Assembly: GCA_045576415.1 (NCBI GenBank)
Contig: JAZNGJ010000139.1
Coordinates: 50,007 to 114,006, forward strand
Origin: Faecousia sp.
GTDB taxonomy: Bacteria; Bacillota; Clostridia; Oscillospirales; Oscillospiraceae
Length of the DNA: 64,000 bases
Reading direction: 5' to 3'
The notes beneath the pieces are model-generated. The model was not told where the DNA came from. It did not search any database and saw nothing but the letters and a program-made list of their open reading frames with translations. Shown here in pieces: positions 48,182 through 57,765 of this stretch (its first letter is position 1; the number at the start of each line of letters is the position of its first letter). Position numbers and translations under genes: made by a program.

Positions 48182-49408
48182 ATGGAGTATTCAAAGCTGC
48201 TGGATGTGGCTACGGAGCTGGGTTATCAGCTTGCTATGTGCGGCGCGGAAACCTTCCGTGTGGAAGAAAGCGTAGTGCGTGTCCTGGGCGCTTATGATAT
48301 TGAAGCAGAGGTCTTTGCCATCCCCAACTGTCTGCATATCAGCATCGAGCCGGTAATTGGCCGTCCGTTGACCCGTATGCGCCGGATCGGCTTCCACGGA
48401 AACGACTTAAATGCGGTAGAACAGTTTTCCGGATTGAGCCGCAGAATTTGCGAGCAGCGGCCTGCGCCGGAAATTGCCGCACAATGGCTGGAGGAGACCA
48501 AACAGGCAAAAAAGCAGTATTCCCTGCCCGCGTATCTTGCCGGAAACTTCCTTGGCGGCTTTGGGTTCTGCCTGCTGTTTGGCGGCGGCCTGATGGATGC
48601 GGCCTGTGCCGGATTCTGCGGTATTCTTGTGGGTCTGATCAACCGCTTGATGGACCGTGTCGGTGCCAACCATTTTTTCCGGATCATTGCGGCTTCCTTC
48701 CTCATGGCTCTGGCAGCCTACAGTATGGGTGCCGCCGGTCTGGCTTCCGATACGGATGCTGCTATCATCGGTGCGCTGATGATCCTGGTTCCCGGTCTGC
48801 TGTTTACCAACGCCATGCGTGATATCATCTATGGCGACACCAATTCCGGTATGAACCGGATCGTGCAGGTACTTCTGATCGCCATGGCCATCGCATTGGG
48901 CACCGGTGCCGCTTATGGCGTTGCCACAGAGCTTTGGGGCGAGATCCGCTCGGCAGCATCCAATACATACAGTTATTGGTTCCAGTCCTTTGCCTGTATG
49001 CTGGGCTGCATGGGATTTACGATTCTCTTCAATATCCACGGTCCCGGCGGGTTGCTGTGCGCCCTGGGCGGCGTCATTACATGGCTGATCTACCTGATGG
49101 TAGTGAAATTCACCGGAAACGATCTGACTGCCTACTTCTGGGGCACACTGTTTGCATCCATTTATGCCGAGATCATGGCACGGATCCGGAAATACCCGGC
49201 CATTTCCTATCTGGTCGTTTCCATCTTTCCTCTGATCCCCGGTGCCGGTGTATATTATGCCATGAATTACGCCGTTAAGGGGCAAATGGAAGCCTTTGCC
49301 GATCAGGGCATCCATACTGCCGCCATAGCGGGCATCATGGCTGTCGCCATTTTGCTGGCATCCACCACAGTAAGAATCCTTACCACCTTCCGCCGAAAAG
49401 TAAAATAA
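48182..49408 (+). CDS. ThrE-family threonine/serine exporter (fused two-repeat form)
   Basis: GAETFRVEE, LVPG...NAMRD, PLIPG. Confidence 0.88.
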   Translation: MEYSKLLDVATELGYQLAMCGAETFRVEESVVRVLGAYDIEAEVFAIPNCLHISIEPVIGRPLTRMRRIGFHGNDLNAVEQFSGLSRRICEQRPAPEIAAQWLEETKQAKKQYSLPAYLAGNFLGGFGFCLLFGGGLMDAACAGFCGILVGLINRLMDRVGANHFFRIIAASFLMALAAYSMGAAGLASDTDAAIIGALMILVPGLLFTNAMRDIIYGDTNSGMNRIVQVLLIAMAIALGTGAAYGVATELWGEIRSAASNTYSYWFQSFACMLGCMGFTILFNIHGPGGLLCALGGVITWLIYLMVVKFTGNDLTAYFWGTLFASIYAEIMARIRKYPAISYLVVSIFPLIPGAGVYYAMNYAVKGQMEAFADQGIHTAAIAGIMAVAILLASTTVRILTTFRRKVK

Positions 49409-49410
49409 AC

Positions 49411-49444
49411 AAATTTGGGCACGCCAAATGGCGTGCCCAAATTT
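49411..49444. terminator. Perfect hairpin between convergent genes
   Basis: AAATTTGGGCACGCC-AAAT-GGCGTGCCCAAATTT. Confidence 0.7.
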
Positions 49445-50228
49445 ATGCGATTTTCTCCGGATCAAATTTTGTAGGCTCCGGCAGTATATCCACAGGCTCT
49501 GCGTCATTTAACAGTGTATAATTACCGTCCGCAAAAGCTATTCTCAATTCATGCTCAAGATATCCTCCTTCTTTGCTCCTTTCGATGCAGGCCACCTTCA
49601 GTTCTTCGGCTTCTGTATAGAAAGCCAGAGCAATATAATGATCAGTAGAAAAGAAGATGCGTTTTTCACAAACATCACCGTTCCAGACAGACAATTCATA
49701 AGATGCGATACCGGAGGTAACACTGCCGCCGAGAACGCACTGCTCCACGACCCCATCCCGGTCGATATCAAATTCGCAGATATCCCAACCGTATCCAACA
49801 TACATTCTTTCATCATTAAGTTCGTACCAGAAGTTGTCCGCAACTACCGCATAATCCACCTGCGGTTCGATAATGGGTGAAGCTCCGGAGACTTCCTCCT
49901 TCACGGAAATCCAGCATCTGCTTATATTCTTGTCCGTACGACTCAGATCACAATTGACCCACCATAACTTACCGTTCACATCCCTGCCAAGAAAACCGTT
50001 ATCACGCCGATGTTCAATTTGCAGCCAGACCGGCTTGGGAACCTCCTTGTGAACATAGAGATCCGGCTCCCGCAGCAAATACACCGCAAGAACTACTCCG
50101 ATAAGAACAAACGCCACAGCTATACACAGGGCAAGCTTTTTGTGTTTTTTTAGACTCTTCAGCAGATTCCGCTTCTCCGGTTTTCCAAAGGCTTCGTTTA
50201 AGATCTTTTCATATTCTGAAGGATTCAT
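49443..50228 (-). CDS. Hypothetical single-pass membrane protein
   Basis: RBS GAGGTGA; TM after KKHKK; DIDRDG loop. Confidence 0.65.
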   Translation of the reverse strand: MNPSEYEKILNEAFGKPEKRNLLKSLKKHKKLALCIAVAFVLIGVVLAVYLLREPDLYVHKEVPKPVWLQIEHRRDNGFLGRDVNGKLWWVNCDLSRTDKNISRCWISVKEEVSGASPIIEPQVDYAVVADNFWYELNDERMYVGYGWDICEFDIDRDGVVEQCVLGGSVTSGIASYELSVWNGDVCEKRIFFSTDHYIALAFYTEAEELKVACIERSKEGGYLEHELRIAFADGNYTLLNDAEPVDILPEPTKFDPEKIA

Positions 50229-50305
50229 GAGATCACCTCTGAAGATTATTTTAACCGGTAATACAGTCCGTGTCAACAAAAAGCAGGAGCCATCGGTTCC
50301 TGCTT

Positions 50306-51013
50306 TTACAACTGTGAAAATATATTCCCAAGGCTTTCATGGAACACAAGGTTCGCGTAGTTGTCATAGGGCGTTTCGTCCCGGTTGATCAGCACCAGCC
50401 GGTTCCCTTGGTAGTAATTGACCAGTCCGGCCGCCGGATACACCGTCAAACTGGTGCCGGCCACGATCAGAAGATCCGCATTTTGGATTGCAGCGATGCT
50501 CTTTTCAATGGTATCCCCGTCAAGGCTCTCCTCGTACAGCACCACATCCGGCTTGACTGTACCGCCGCAAACGCATTTGGGTACGCCCGCCGAATCCCTG
50601 ACAAATTCCGCGCTGTGGAATTTTCCGCAGCGGACGCAGTAATTGCGCAGCACCGAGCCATGAAGCTCATAGACTCTTTTCGAGCCTGCTTTCTGATGCA
50701 GCCCATCAATATTCTGGGTCACTACCGCGCCGAGCTTCCCTTCGGCTTCCCAGCGGGCAAGAACTCTGTGGGTAATGTTGGGTTCAAAGCCCAGCGGCAG
50801 CATTTTCTCCCGGTAAAACCGGAAAAAGTATTCCGGCCTCCGCTGATAAAAGCTGTGGCTGATGATGGTTTCCGGCGGATAGTCAAACTTCTGGCTGTAG
50901 AGTCCATCCACACTGCGGAAATCCGGAATTCCCGATTCCGTGCTGACCCCCGCGCCGCCAAAAAAGACAATATTTTTACTTTCCGCGATCCAATTCTTCA
51001 GTGTTTGCAGCAT
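50306..51013 (-). CDS. cobB: NAD-dependent deacylase (sirtuin)
   Basis: GAGVSTESGIPDFR, TQNIDGLH, HGS, GTSLTVYP. Confidence 0.93.
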   Translation of the reverse strand: MLQTLKNWIAESKNIVFFGGAGVSTESGIPDFRSVDGLYSQKFDYPPETIISHSFYQRRPEYFFRFYREKMLPLGFEPNITHRVLARWEAEGKLGAVVTQNIDGLHQKAGSKRVYELHGSVLRNYCVRCGKFHSAEFVRDSAGVPKCVCGGTVKPDVVLYEESLDGDTIEKSIAAIQNADLLIVAGTSLTVYPAAGLVNYYQGNRLVLINRDETPYDNYANLVFHESLGNIFSQL

Positions 51014-51746
51014 CCTCGGCCTCCATTTCCTTCAGAAGCTTCTTATCCTGTTTGGAAGAAAGATCCAGCTTTTCGTACATATCCGGCCGGCGCTCTCTGG
51101 TGCGGCGCAGAGACTGCTTACGCCGCCACTGGCGTACTTTTTCATGGTTGCCGGATGTCAGGATCTCCGGAATCGCCCGGCCATGCCACACTGCAGGGCG
51201 GGTATACTGGGGATATTCCAGCAGCCCATTGAAGTGGCTCTCGTCCTCAAAGCACTCGGGATCCGCTAAAACACCGGGCACCATACGGCACACCGCGTCC
51301 GTCACCGCCATGGCAGCGATCTCGCCGCCAGTGAGAACAAAGTCTCCCAGAGAGATCTCTTCATCCACACATTCATCGATGAACCGCTGATCGATGCCCT
51401 CATAGTGACCGCAAACCAGCACGATATTATCCAGCTTGCTTAGGCGGATGGCGTCTTCCTGCTTGAAGGTATGGCCGCAGGGTGACAGATAGATCGTATG
51501 CACCGGCGCAGCCGCCTCCTCGCAGATGGCCTCCCAGCAGCGGTACAGTGGGTCAGCCGTCATCACGGCACCGCGACCTCCGCCGTAGGGATAGTCGTCG
51601 GTCTGATTCTGCTTGTTGGCTGTGTAGTCCCGGATCTGGTGGGTCTCAATGCGGATAAAGCCCCGCCCCTGTGCACGGCCCAGGATACTTTCCGAAAGCA
51701 CATCACCCAGCGTTTCCGGAAACAGGGTCATGATATCAATTCTCAT
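50976..51746 (-). CDS. trmD: tRNA m1G37 methyltransferase
   Basis: PYGGG, CGHYEGID, GDFVLTGGE, YPQYTRP. Confidence 0.97.
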   Translation of the reverse strand: MRIDIMTLFPETLGDVLSESILGRAQGRGFIRIETHQIRDYTANKQNQTDDYPYGGGRGAVMTADPLYRCWEAICEEAAAPVHTIYLSPCGHTFKQEDAIRLSKLDNIVLVCGHYEGIDQRFIDECVDEEISLGDFVLTGGEIAAMAVTDAVCRMVPGVLADPECFEDESHFNGLLEYPQYTRPAVWHGRAIPEILTSGNHEKVRQWRRKQSLRRTRERRPDMYEKLDLSSKQDKKLLKEMEAEDAANTEELDRGK

Positions 51747-52227
51747 CAGTTCTCATTCCCTCAATGATCATAACCTGCATGGTGTTGCTTTCCAGATCCG
51801 TTGACAGGATAAACTGCTTCACCGCAGGGATCATATACTCATATTCGCCCTTGACCACATAAACGGAATTGCCGGGATAATCCAGTACATCGGTGACGAC
51901 ACCCAGTTTTTCTCCGTTGCAGAAAACCTCCACGCCGATCAGTTCCGCCGCGAAGATTACCTCGTCGTCAATATCCTCCCGGTACAGCAAGACTGTTTTC
52001 CCCCGCATATTCTGGGCAGCCTCCATGGTGTCGATTCCCTTGAGCTTCAGCAGATTGCAGGTTTTCTGGATTCGGCAGGATTCTATATCATATTGCGTGC
52101 CGTCAATACGGACACGGTCAAATTCGCACAAAATATCCGGGCTGTCCACCCAGGGCAGGACCTTCATCTCGCCTTTTACGCCGTGGGTAGTGACGATTTC
52201 GCCTGCCTCAATAAACTGGAGTTTCAT
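51736..52227 (-). CDS. rimM: Ribosome maturation factor RimM
   Basis: HGVKGE, C-terminal PRC barrel; operon context. Confidence 0.93.
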   Translation of the reverse strand: MKLQFIEAGEIVTTHGVKGEMKVLPWVDSPDILCEFDRVRIDGTQYDIESCRIQKTCNLLKLKGIDTMEAAQNMRGKTVLLYREDIDDEVIFAAELIGVEVFCNGEKLGVVTDVLDYPGNSVYVVKGEYEYMIPAVKQFILSTDLESNTMQVMIIEGMRTDEN

Positions 52228-52278
52228 AGCTACCTCCTTAAATGGGAAAATGCGTGGCATAGTCGCCACGCATATCCG

Positions 52279-52509
52279 TTAATCCACGATTTCGACGGTT
52301 ACCTTTTCGCCGGTGCGCTGGGCAACAGTCTTTACGATGGTACGGATCTCCTTGGCGATCCGACCCTGACGGCCGATCACCTTGCCCATGTCGCCCTCGG
52401 CAACACGCAGCTCCAGAACCTTACCTTCCTCATCTTCGATTTCGGTAACGGAAACGGATTCGGGATCGTCCACCAGATTCTTTGCCATATACAGCAAAAG
52501 TTCTTTCAT
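52279..52509 (-). CDS. khpA: KH-domain RNA-binding protein KhpA (YlqC)
   Basis: DMGKVIGRQGR. Confidence 0.93.
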   Translation of the reverse strand: MKELLLYMAKNLVDDPESVSVTEIEDEEGKVLELRVAEGDMGKVIGRQGRIAKEIRTIVKTVAQRTGEKVTVEIVD

Positions 52510-52532
52510 TGCGCTAACTCCTTCAAGGGATC

Positions 52533-52772
52533 TTACAGCACGCCAGCCTTCTTCAGCAGACCGCGGACGGTATCAGTGGGCTGAGCACCGTTCTTGATCC
52601 AAGCCTGAGCCTTCTCAGCGTCAACAGTAATGTTGCCGGTCTCCAGCAGGGGGTTGTAGGTACCGATTTCCTCGATGCAGCGGCCATCGCGGGGGCTGCG
52701 GGAATCTGCAACAACAATGCGGTAGTAAGGAGCCTTCTTTGCACCCATTCTTCTCAGTCTGATCTTAACCAT
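52533..52772 (-). CDS. rpsP: 30S ribosomal protein S16
   Basis: [24 protein letters not shown]. Confidence 0.98.
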   Translation of the reverse strand: MVKIRLRRMGAKKAPYYRIVVADSRSPRDGRCIEEIGTYNPLLETGNITVDAEKAQAWIKNGAQPTDTVRGLLKKAGVL

Positions 52773-52838
52773 GAGTTTCACCTCCAAAAAATTCTTTCGT
52801 AATCTATATCGCAAAGCTATTTGCTTAGAGCGAACACT

Positions 52839-54191
52839 TTAAAAGCCGGGGAATCCCCCGCCGAAGCCGCCGAGACCTCTCATGCGCTTCATTTTCTTGC
52901 CCATTCCGGGACCGGAGAACTGCTTGATGAGCTTCTGCATCTGCTCAAAGGACTTCAGAAGCCGGTTCACATCCTCCACCTTCACGCCGGCGCCGGCAGC
53001 AATGCGCTTTTTCCGGGACGCGGCAATGATGCCGGGATTCTCCCGCTCCCTGGGGGTCATGCTGAGGATGATGGCTTCCGTCCGGGCCATGGACTTTTCG
53101 TCCACATTGACACCCTTCAGATTTGCGCCGCCGGGCATCTGGGCCAGAATATCCTGCATAGAGCCCATAGATTTCAGCTGCTGCAGCTGATCATAAAAGT
53201 CCTGCATGGTGAAGCGGTTGGATTTGAGCCGTTCCTCCATCTCCGCTGCCTTCTTGGCATCGAATGCTTTCTCCGCTTTCTCGATCAGGCTCAGCACATC
53301 GCCCATGCCGAGGATCCGGGATGCCATCCGGTCTGGATGGAAGGGCTCGATATCCTCCAGCTTTTCGCCCATACCGGCGAACTTGATAGGCTTTCCTGTG
53401 ATGGCGCGGACAGACAGTGCCGCACCGCCTCTGGCGTCGCCGTCCAGCTTGCTGAGCATCACAGAATCAATATCCAGCCACTCATTGAAGCTCTGGGCTG
53501 CGTTGACCGCGTCCTGACCAGTCATGGCGTCCACAACCAGCATGATCTCATCGGGCTTGACGGTTGCCTTAATGTTTTTCAGCTCCGTCATCAACGCTTC
53601 ATCCACATGCAGCCGGCCGGCGGTATCCAGAAATACCATATCATGGCCGTGCTGGCGGGCATAGGTGACCGCTTCTTTGGCAATGGCCACAGGATCGGTC
53701 TGACCCTTTTCAAATACGGGAATGCCCAGCTTCTCGCCGCAGACCTTCAGCTGCGTAATGGCGGCGGGGCGGTAAATATCACAGGCGACCAGCAGCGGAT
53801 TCTTGCCCTGCCGCTTCATAAGACCGGCCAGCTTAGAGCCGTTGGTGGTCTTACCGGCACCCTGCAGACCCACCAGCATCACAACCGTAGGGCCGTTGGG
53901 GTTAATGGTAATGTGCTTCGCATCGCTGCCCATGAGCTTGGTCAGCTCTTCGTTGACGATCTTAACGATCATCTGGGCAGGAGTCAGAGACTCCAGAACA
54001 TCCGCGCCGATGCAGCGCTCTGTAACGGACTTGGTAAAGTCCTTGCAAACCTTATAGCTGACATCCGCCTCCAGCAGCGCCATGCGGATCTCGCGCATAG
54101 CCTCCTTGACATCGGCCTCTTTCAGACGGCCCTTGCCGCGAAGCTTTTTGAAGGTGGCGGAAATTTTTTCAGTTAAGCCTTCAAATGCCAT
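52839..54191 (-). CDS. ffh: Signal recognition particle protein
   Basis: GLQGAGKTT, DTAGR, DARGGAALS, Met-rich M domain. Confidence 0.98.
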   Translation of the reverse strand: MAFEGLTEKISATFKKLRGKGRLKEADVKEAMREIRMALLEADVSYKVCKDFTKSVTERCIGADVLESLTPAQMIVKIVNEELTKLMGSDAKHITINPNGPTVVMLVGLQGAGKTTNGSKLAGLMKRQGKNPLLVACDIYRPAAITQLKVCGEKLGIPVFEKGQTDPVAIAKEAVTYARQHGHDMVFLDTAGRLHVDEALMTELKNIKATVKPDEIMLVVDAMTGQDAVNAAQSFNEWLDIDSVMLSKLDGDARGGAALSVRAITGKPIKFAGMGEKLEDIEPFHPDRMASRILGMGDVLSLIEKAEKAFDAKKAAEMEERLKSNRFTMQDFYDQLQQLKSMGSMQDILAQMPGGANLKGVNVDEKSMARTEAIILSMTPRERENPGIIAASRKKRIAAGAGVKVEDVNRLLKSFEQMQKLIKQFSGPGMGKKMKRMRGLGGFGGGFPGF

Positions 54192-54194
54192 AGT

Positions 54195-54539
54195 TTACTC
54201 CTCTAACCCCTGTGCAGCAGCAAGGATCTGCTCTGCAAGGGCGGACACGGCACCATCTTCACTCAATTTCAACCGGGCAGCTGCATCCAGAATAGTCTTT
54301 GCAGCTTTCCGGCAGGCAAGATCGCGGCTGACGCAGCCGGTCTTGGCCTCCATATTGCGAAGCAGCGCCTCGGTACGGTTCAGATTGTCATGGACTCCCT
54401 GTCGGCTGATCCCCAGTTCCTCGGCGATCTCACTAAGGGACATATCCTGATTGTAACGCATCTCAAAGCATTCCCGCTGCCGGTCGGTAAGCAGATCACC
54501 GTAGTAATCGTACAGCAGAATAATCTCAATGGCGTCCAT
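54195..54539 (-). CDS. ylxM: YlxM/p13 protein
   Basis: LYDYYGDLLTDRQ, SLSEIAE, SRQGV. Confidence 0.93.
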   Translation of the reverse strand: MDAIEIILLYDYYGDLLTDRQRECFEMRYNQDMSLSEIAEELGISRQGVHDNLNRTEALLRNMEAKTGCVSRDLACRKAAKTILDAAARLKLSEDGAVSALAEQILAAAQGLEE

Positions 54540-54549
54540 GAAAACCTCC

Positions 54550-54624
54550 TGTCAAGCTTTTCCGCTTGATGCCTGCGGTATTGTAGCACATCATTTCATA
54601 CTTGTCAAGTATTTTTTCTTTACA
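54550..54624 (-). promoter_or_regulatory. ylxM-ffh promoter with two TGTCAAG-N8-CTT(G/T)A dyads
   Basis: TTGACA-17-TACAAT; dyads at 54550-54571 and 54603-54624. Confidence 0.65.
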
Positions 54625-54898
54625 GCTTATGGTTTTTCGCCGTTTTCATTCCGCGGATAATGCCATACACCAGCCACGCCAAGCCCATAACCAACATCAG
54701 TCCAAACAGCAAAAGCAACAGGATCAAATACGCCCAGTTGGTAAATTCACTGGCCGCATACATGGCAACGCAAAACACCATCAATGCCGCCACGGTCAAA
54801 GTCGGGATCAGCCGCACCCACACCTTTTTCCCGAAAAAGCACAGGATCTGCAAAGCCACCAGTACCGCCGCGCCAATGAGCAAATACATATCTTCCAC
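54620..54898 (-). CDS. Small 3-TM membrane protein
   Basis: RBS AGGAGG, GTG start, hydrophobic. Confidence 0.7.
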   Translation of the reverse strand: MEDMYLLIGAAVLVALQILCFFGKKVWVRLIPTLTVAALMVFCVAMYAASEFTNWAYLILLLLLFGLMLVMGLAWLVYGIIRGMKTAKNHKL

Positions 54899-54910
54899 AC
54901 CGTACCTCCT

Positions 54911-55549
54911 TTACAGTACCCGGTACCATCGTGATATCTCCTTGGTTTTCACAAACCCCATCCGTTCGTAAAGCCGCACGGCGCGTTCATTGGCACCGGC
55001 CACAGCTACCCGAACCATATCCTCTGTCAGCACACTGCTCAGCGCCTTCACCACAGTCTGCCCCATCCCAGGCTCCGCCGCGATCACAATATCGATATAA
55101 TCCTCTGCCGCTTTGCCGATACCAAGGAGCTTGCCATCCCGGTGGACAAAGTAGCAATCTCCGTTTTCCAGAAATTTCTGACCGTCCTTGCTGTCCAGAT
55201 ATGCCGCATTCGGCACATCCGCCATGCGCTGATTGTATAGTTCCAGCCAACGCTCCACCGTCTGCTGCGTCATTGGGAAAAGGCAGGCATCCGTCTCCCC
55301 AAGGGTTTCCCGACCGCAAGTCATCAGCCACATTTCGGTGATCAGCGGATATTTCTCTAAAATAGGATCCCCTGCTGCCTCGATCCTTTCCGCTCCGCAA
55401 GCTCGGCAGAACCCAACACATTCGGCAAGCAGCTTTTCCGGATCAAGCGCAGACTGTATTTTAATATACGCCCGTCCCCGATACGGGATCTCCTTTAAAA
55501 TCAGGCTGGCAACGCCGTATTCCGTGTCAAACACCGGGATATCTTTCAT
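54911..55549 (-). CDS. GNAT-domain protein
   Basis: C-terminal NERAVRLYERMGF. Confidence 0.75.
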   Translation of the reverse strand: MKDIPVFDTEYGVASLILKEIPYRGRAYIKIQSALDPEKLLAECVGFCRACGAERIEAAGDPILEKYPLITEMWLMTCGRETLGETDACLFPMTQQTVERWLELYNQRMADVPNAAYLDSKDGQKFLENGDCYFVHRDGKLLGIGKAAEDYIDIVIAAEPGMGQTVVKALSSVLTEDMVRVAVAGANERAVRLYERMGFVKTKEISRWYRVL

Positions 55550-55822
55550 GATCTCACCTCTTTATCATATCTTACCATGTCTTTCGCGGTTGCACAAGAG
55601 GAAAGCAGTAACACCGCAGGCAGTGGGAGGGCTTATTCCGAAAGAGTGATATTAATTTTTGTATATAATGCCAACAATTATCCTCGCGAAACCGGGGTTA
55701 AAATCGTACCCTCTCACAATTTTAATTCATTTATCCCATGTTTTCCAAATTTTCGCTTGATTTCTTAACATAAATATATATAATAACTTCCGTTGCATTT
55801 TTTACAAAGGAGGTTCATATCG

Positions 55823-56053
55823 ATGAAGAAGATCATCTGCAAGAAGGAATACAACACCGAGACCGCTACCCTGATCAAGAAGTATACCAACGGTTACTAT
55901 GGCGATCCCGCAGGTTATGAAGAGATCCTGTTCCAGACCCCTGCCGGTCTGTATTTCCTGTATGTACGCGGTGGTGAAGCTTCCCCTTATCCCAATGAGG
56001 ATATCCTGCGCCTTGCAAAGACTAAGGTCAGCGACTGGATGGAGAACCACTGA
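55823..56053 (+). CDS. 76-aa hypothetical protein
   Basis: RBS AAAGGAGG, own promoter (TTGATT..TATAAT) and terminator. Confidence 0.8.
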   Translation: MKKIICKKEYNTETATLIKKYTNGYYGDPAGYEEILFQTPAGLYFLYVRGGEASPYPNEDILRLAKTKVSDWMENH

Positions 56054-56140
56054 TTCACGCTACATAAGCACCGGGAGGCTGCGCTGCAGCCTCCTTTTTT
56101 CTTGACAGGCGTGTTATGATAACTGTGGTGATGGATACTA

Positions 56141-57016
56141 ATGAAACGAATTTATACAATAATTGCAGCGGTTTTGCTGCTGTTTTCTCTGGTTGGATGC
56201 ACATCCACGGAGCCTCAGGCGCAGGTGGCTGCCACTACGCTGCCGGTCTATGAATTCACCTCCCGGCTGTGCAGCGGGACCGGCATCTCCGTTACCCGGC
56301 TGGTAACGGAAAATGTTTCCTGCCTGCATGACTATTCCCTCAGCGTCCGGCAGGTCAAGGCCGTGGAAAACGCACAAACAGTGGTTATTTCCGGCGGCGG
56401 CCTTGAGAGCTTTATGGAGGATGTACTTTTAAGTGCCGCCAATGTGATCGAAAGCGCGCAGAATATTCCCCTGCTGGATTGCGCCGACTGTCACGAGCAT
56501 GATCACAGCCATGACCACGAGCACGACCCGCACCTTTGGCTCTCCCCCGAATACGCAAAATTAATGGCCCGCAATATCTGTGCCGGCCTGAAAGCGCAGT
56601 ATCCGCAATACGATACCGTTTTCGACACCAATCTTTCCGCTCTGCTTTCGGAGCTTGATGCACTGCTTGCCTACGGACGGCAGCAGCTGCAGGCCCTTTC
56701 CTGCCAGGAATTGATCACCTTCCACGACGGTTTTGCCTATTTTGCCGATGCGTTTGATCTGACCATTCTGGAAGCCGTGGAAGAAGAATCCGGCAGCGAG
56801 GCATCCGCCGCAGAGCTGAGGCATCTGATCACGCTGGTGCGCGCTCATAATCTTCCTGCCATCTTCACAGAGCGAAGCGGCAGTGTTTCCGCAGCCGGTG
56901 TGATCGCCCGGGAAACCGGCGCGCATATCTATGCGCTGGATATGGCAATGTCCGGCAGCAGCTACTTTGAGGCTATGTATCACAACATTGACACAGTAAA
57001 GGAGGCACTGGGATGA
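56141..57016 (+). CDS. Zn/Mn ABC transporter lipoprotein (ZnuA-like)
   Basis: LVGC lipobox, LHDY, His-rich loop, DPHLWLSP, HDGFAYF. Confidence 0.9.
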   Translation: MKRIYTIIAAVLLLFSLVGCTSTEPQAQVAATTLPVYEFTSRLCSGTGISVTRLVTENVSCLHDYSLSVRQVKAVENAQTVVISGGGLESFMEDVLLSAANVIESAQNIPLLDCADCHEHDHSHDHEHDPHLWLSPEYAKLMARNICAGLKAQYPQYDTVFDTNLSALLSELDALLAYGRQQLQALSCQELITFHDGFAYFADAFDLTILEAVEEESGSEASAAELRHLITLVRAHNLPAIFTERSGSVSAAGVIARETGAHIYALDMAMSGSSYFEAMYHNIDTVKEALG

Positions 57017-57765
57017 GACCAATCGTACACGGCGGTTCCTGCGGTGATTCCTGCTGCCTTCGGGTTCAGAATCTTTCCGTGAAGATCGGTGACGACAGGA
57101 TCCTGCAGGGCGTAAATTTTCATCTCCACTGCGGCCAGCTGATGGCTCTTATCGGCCCCAACGGCGCCGGCAAGAGTACATTTTTGAAGGCCGTTCTGGG
57201 GCAGCAGGAATACGAAGGTGTCATCGCCTTTTCCGCACCGGGCCAGCGGGGCAAAAAGCCAAAGATCGGCTATGTGCCCCAGAGTCCCTCCTTTGATCCC
57301 GGGGATCCGGTGAGTGTCGCAGATCTTTTCGTCTGCTGCATGAGCAGACGGCCTGCGTTTTTCGGCATCCGCAAGTCCATGCGGGAAACGGTCCTGGAGT
57401 GTCTGGACCGGGTCCACGGGAAAGACCTCATCGATAAACGGGTGGGAACACTTTCCGGCGGCGAGCTGCAGCGGGTGCTGCTGGCACTGGCGCTGGAGCC
57501 TCTGCCCAACATTCTGATCCTGGACGAACCGCTCTCCGGCGTGGATGTAGAGGGTCAGAGCGACCTGATGGATATGCTGGACGAGCTGCGCAAGACCTAC
57601 GACCTTTCCATTCTGATGACCACCCACGATTTTTCCATACTGAGCCGATATGCCGATCAGGTGGCTCTTATCGACCGCCGGATCCTCTGCATGGGCACGC
57701 CTTCTGAGGTTTTGGAATCCGAAGAATTCCAGCAGACCTTTCACATGAAAGGAGGCAGCAAATGA
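57013..57765 (+). CDS. Metal ABC transporter ATPase (ZnuC-like)
   Basis: GPNGAGKS, GYVPQ, LSGGELQR, LDEP. Confidence 0.92.
   Translation: MRPIVHGGSCGDSCCLRVQNLSVKIGDDRILQGVNFHLHCGQLMALIGPNGAGKSTFLKAVLGQQEYEGVIAFSAPGQRGKKPKIGYVPQSPSFDPGDPVSVADLFVCCMSRRPAFFGIRKSMRETVLECLDRVHGKDLIDKRVGTLSGGELQRVLLALALEPLPNILILDEPLSGVDVEGQSDLMDMLDELRKTYDLSILMTTHDFSILSRYADQVALIDRRILCMGTPSEVLESEEFQQTFHMKGGSK

Noticed and set aside
55763-55790. dif-like site (TTATGTTAAGA arm on the minus strand)
   Set aside because: The XerC arm lacks the inner dyad, and the sequence is explained as the spacer and -10 of the downstream promoter
56073-56100. Similarity to the hairpin at 61998-62024 as a repeat family
   Set aside because: Short GGAGGCTG/CAGCCTCC stems are adequately explained as ordinary terminators
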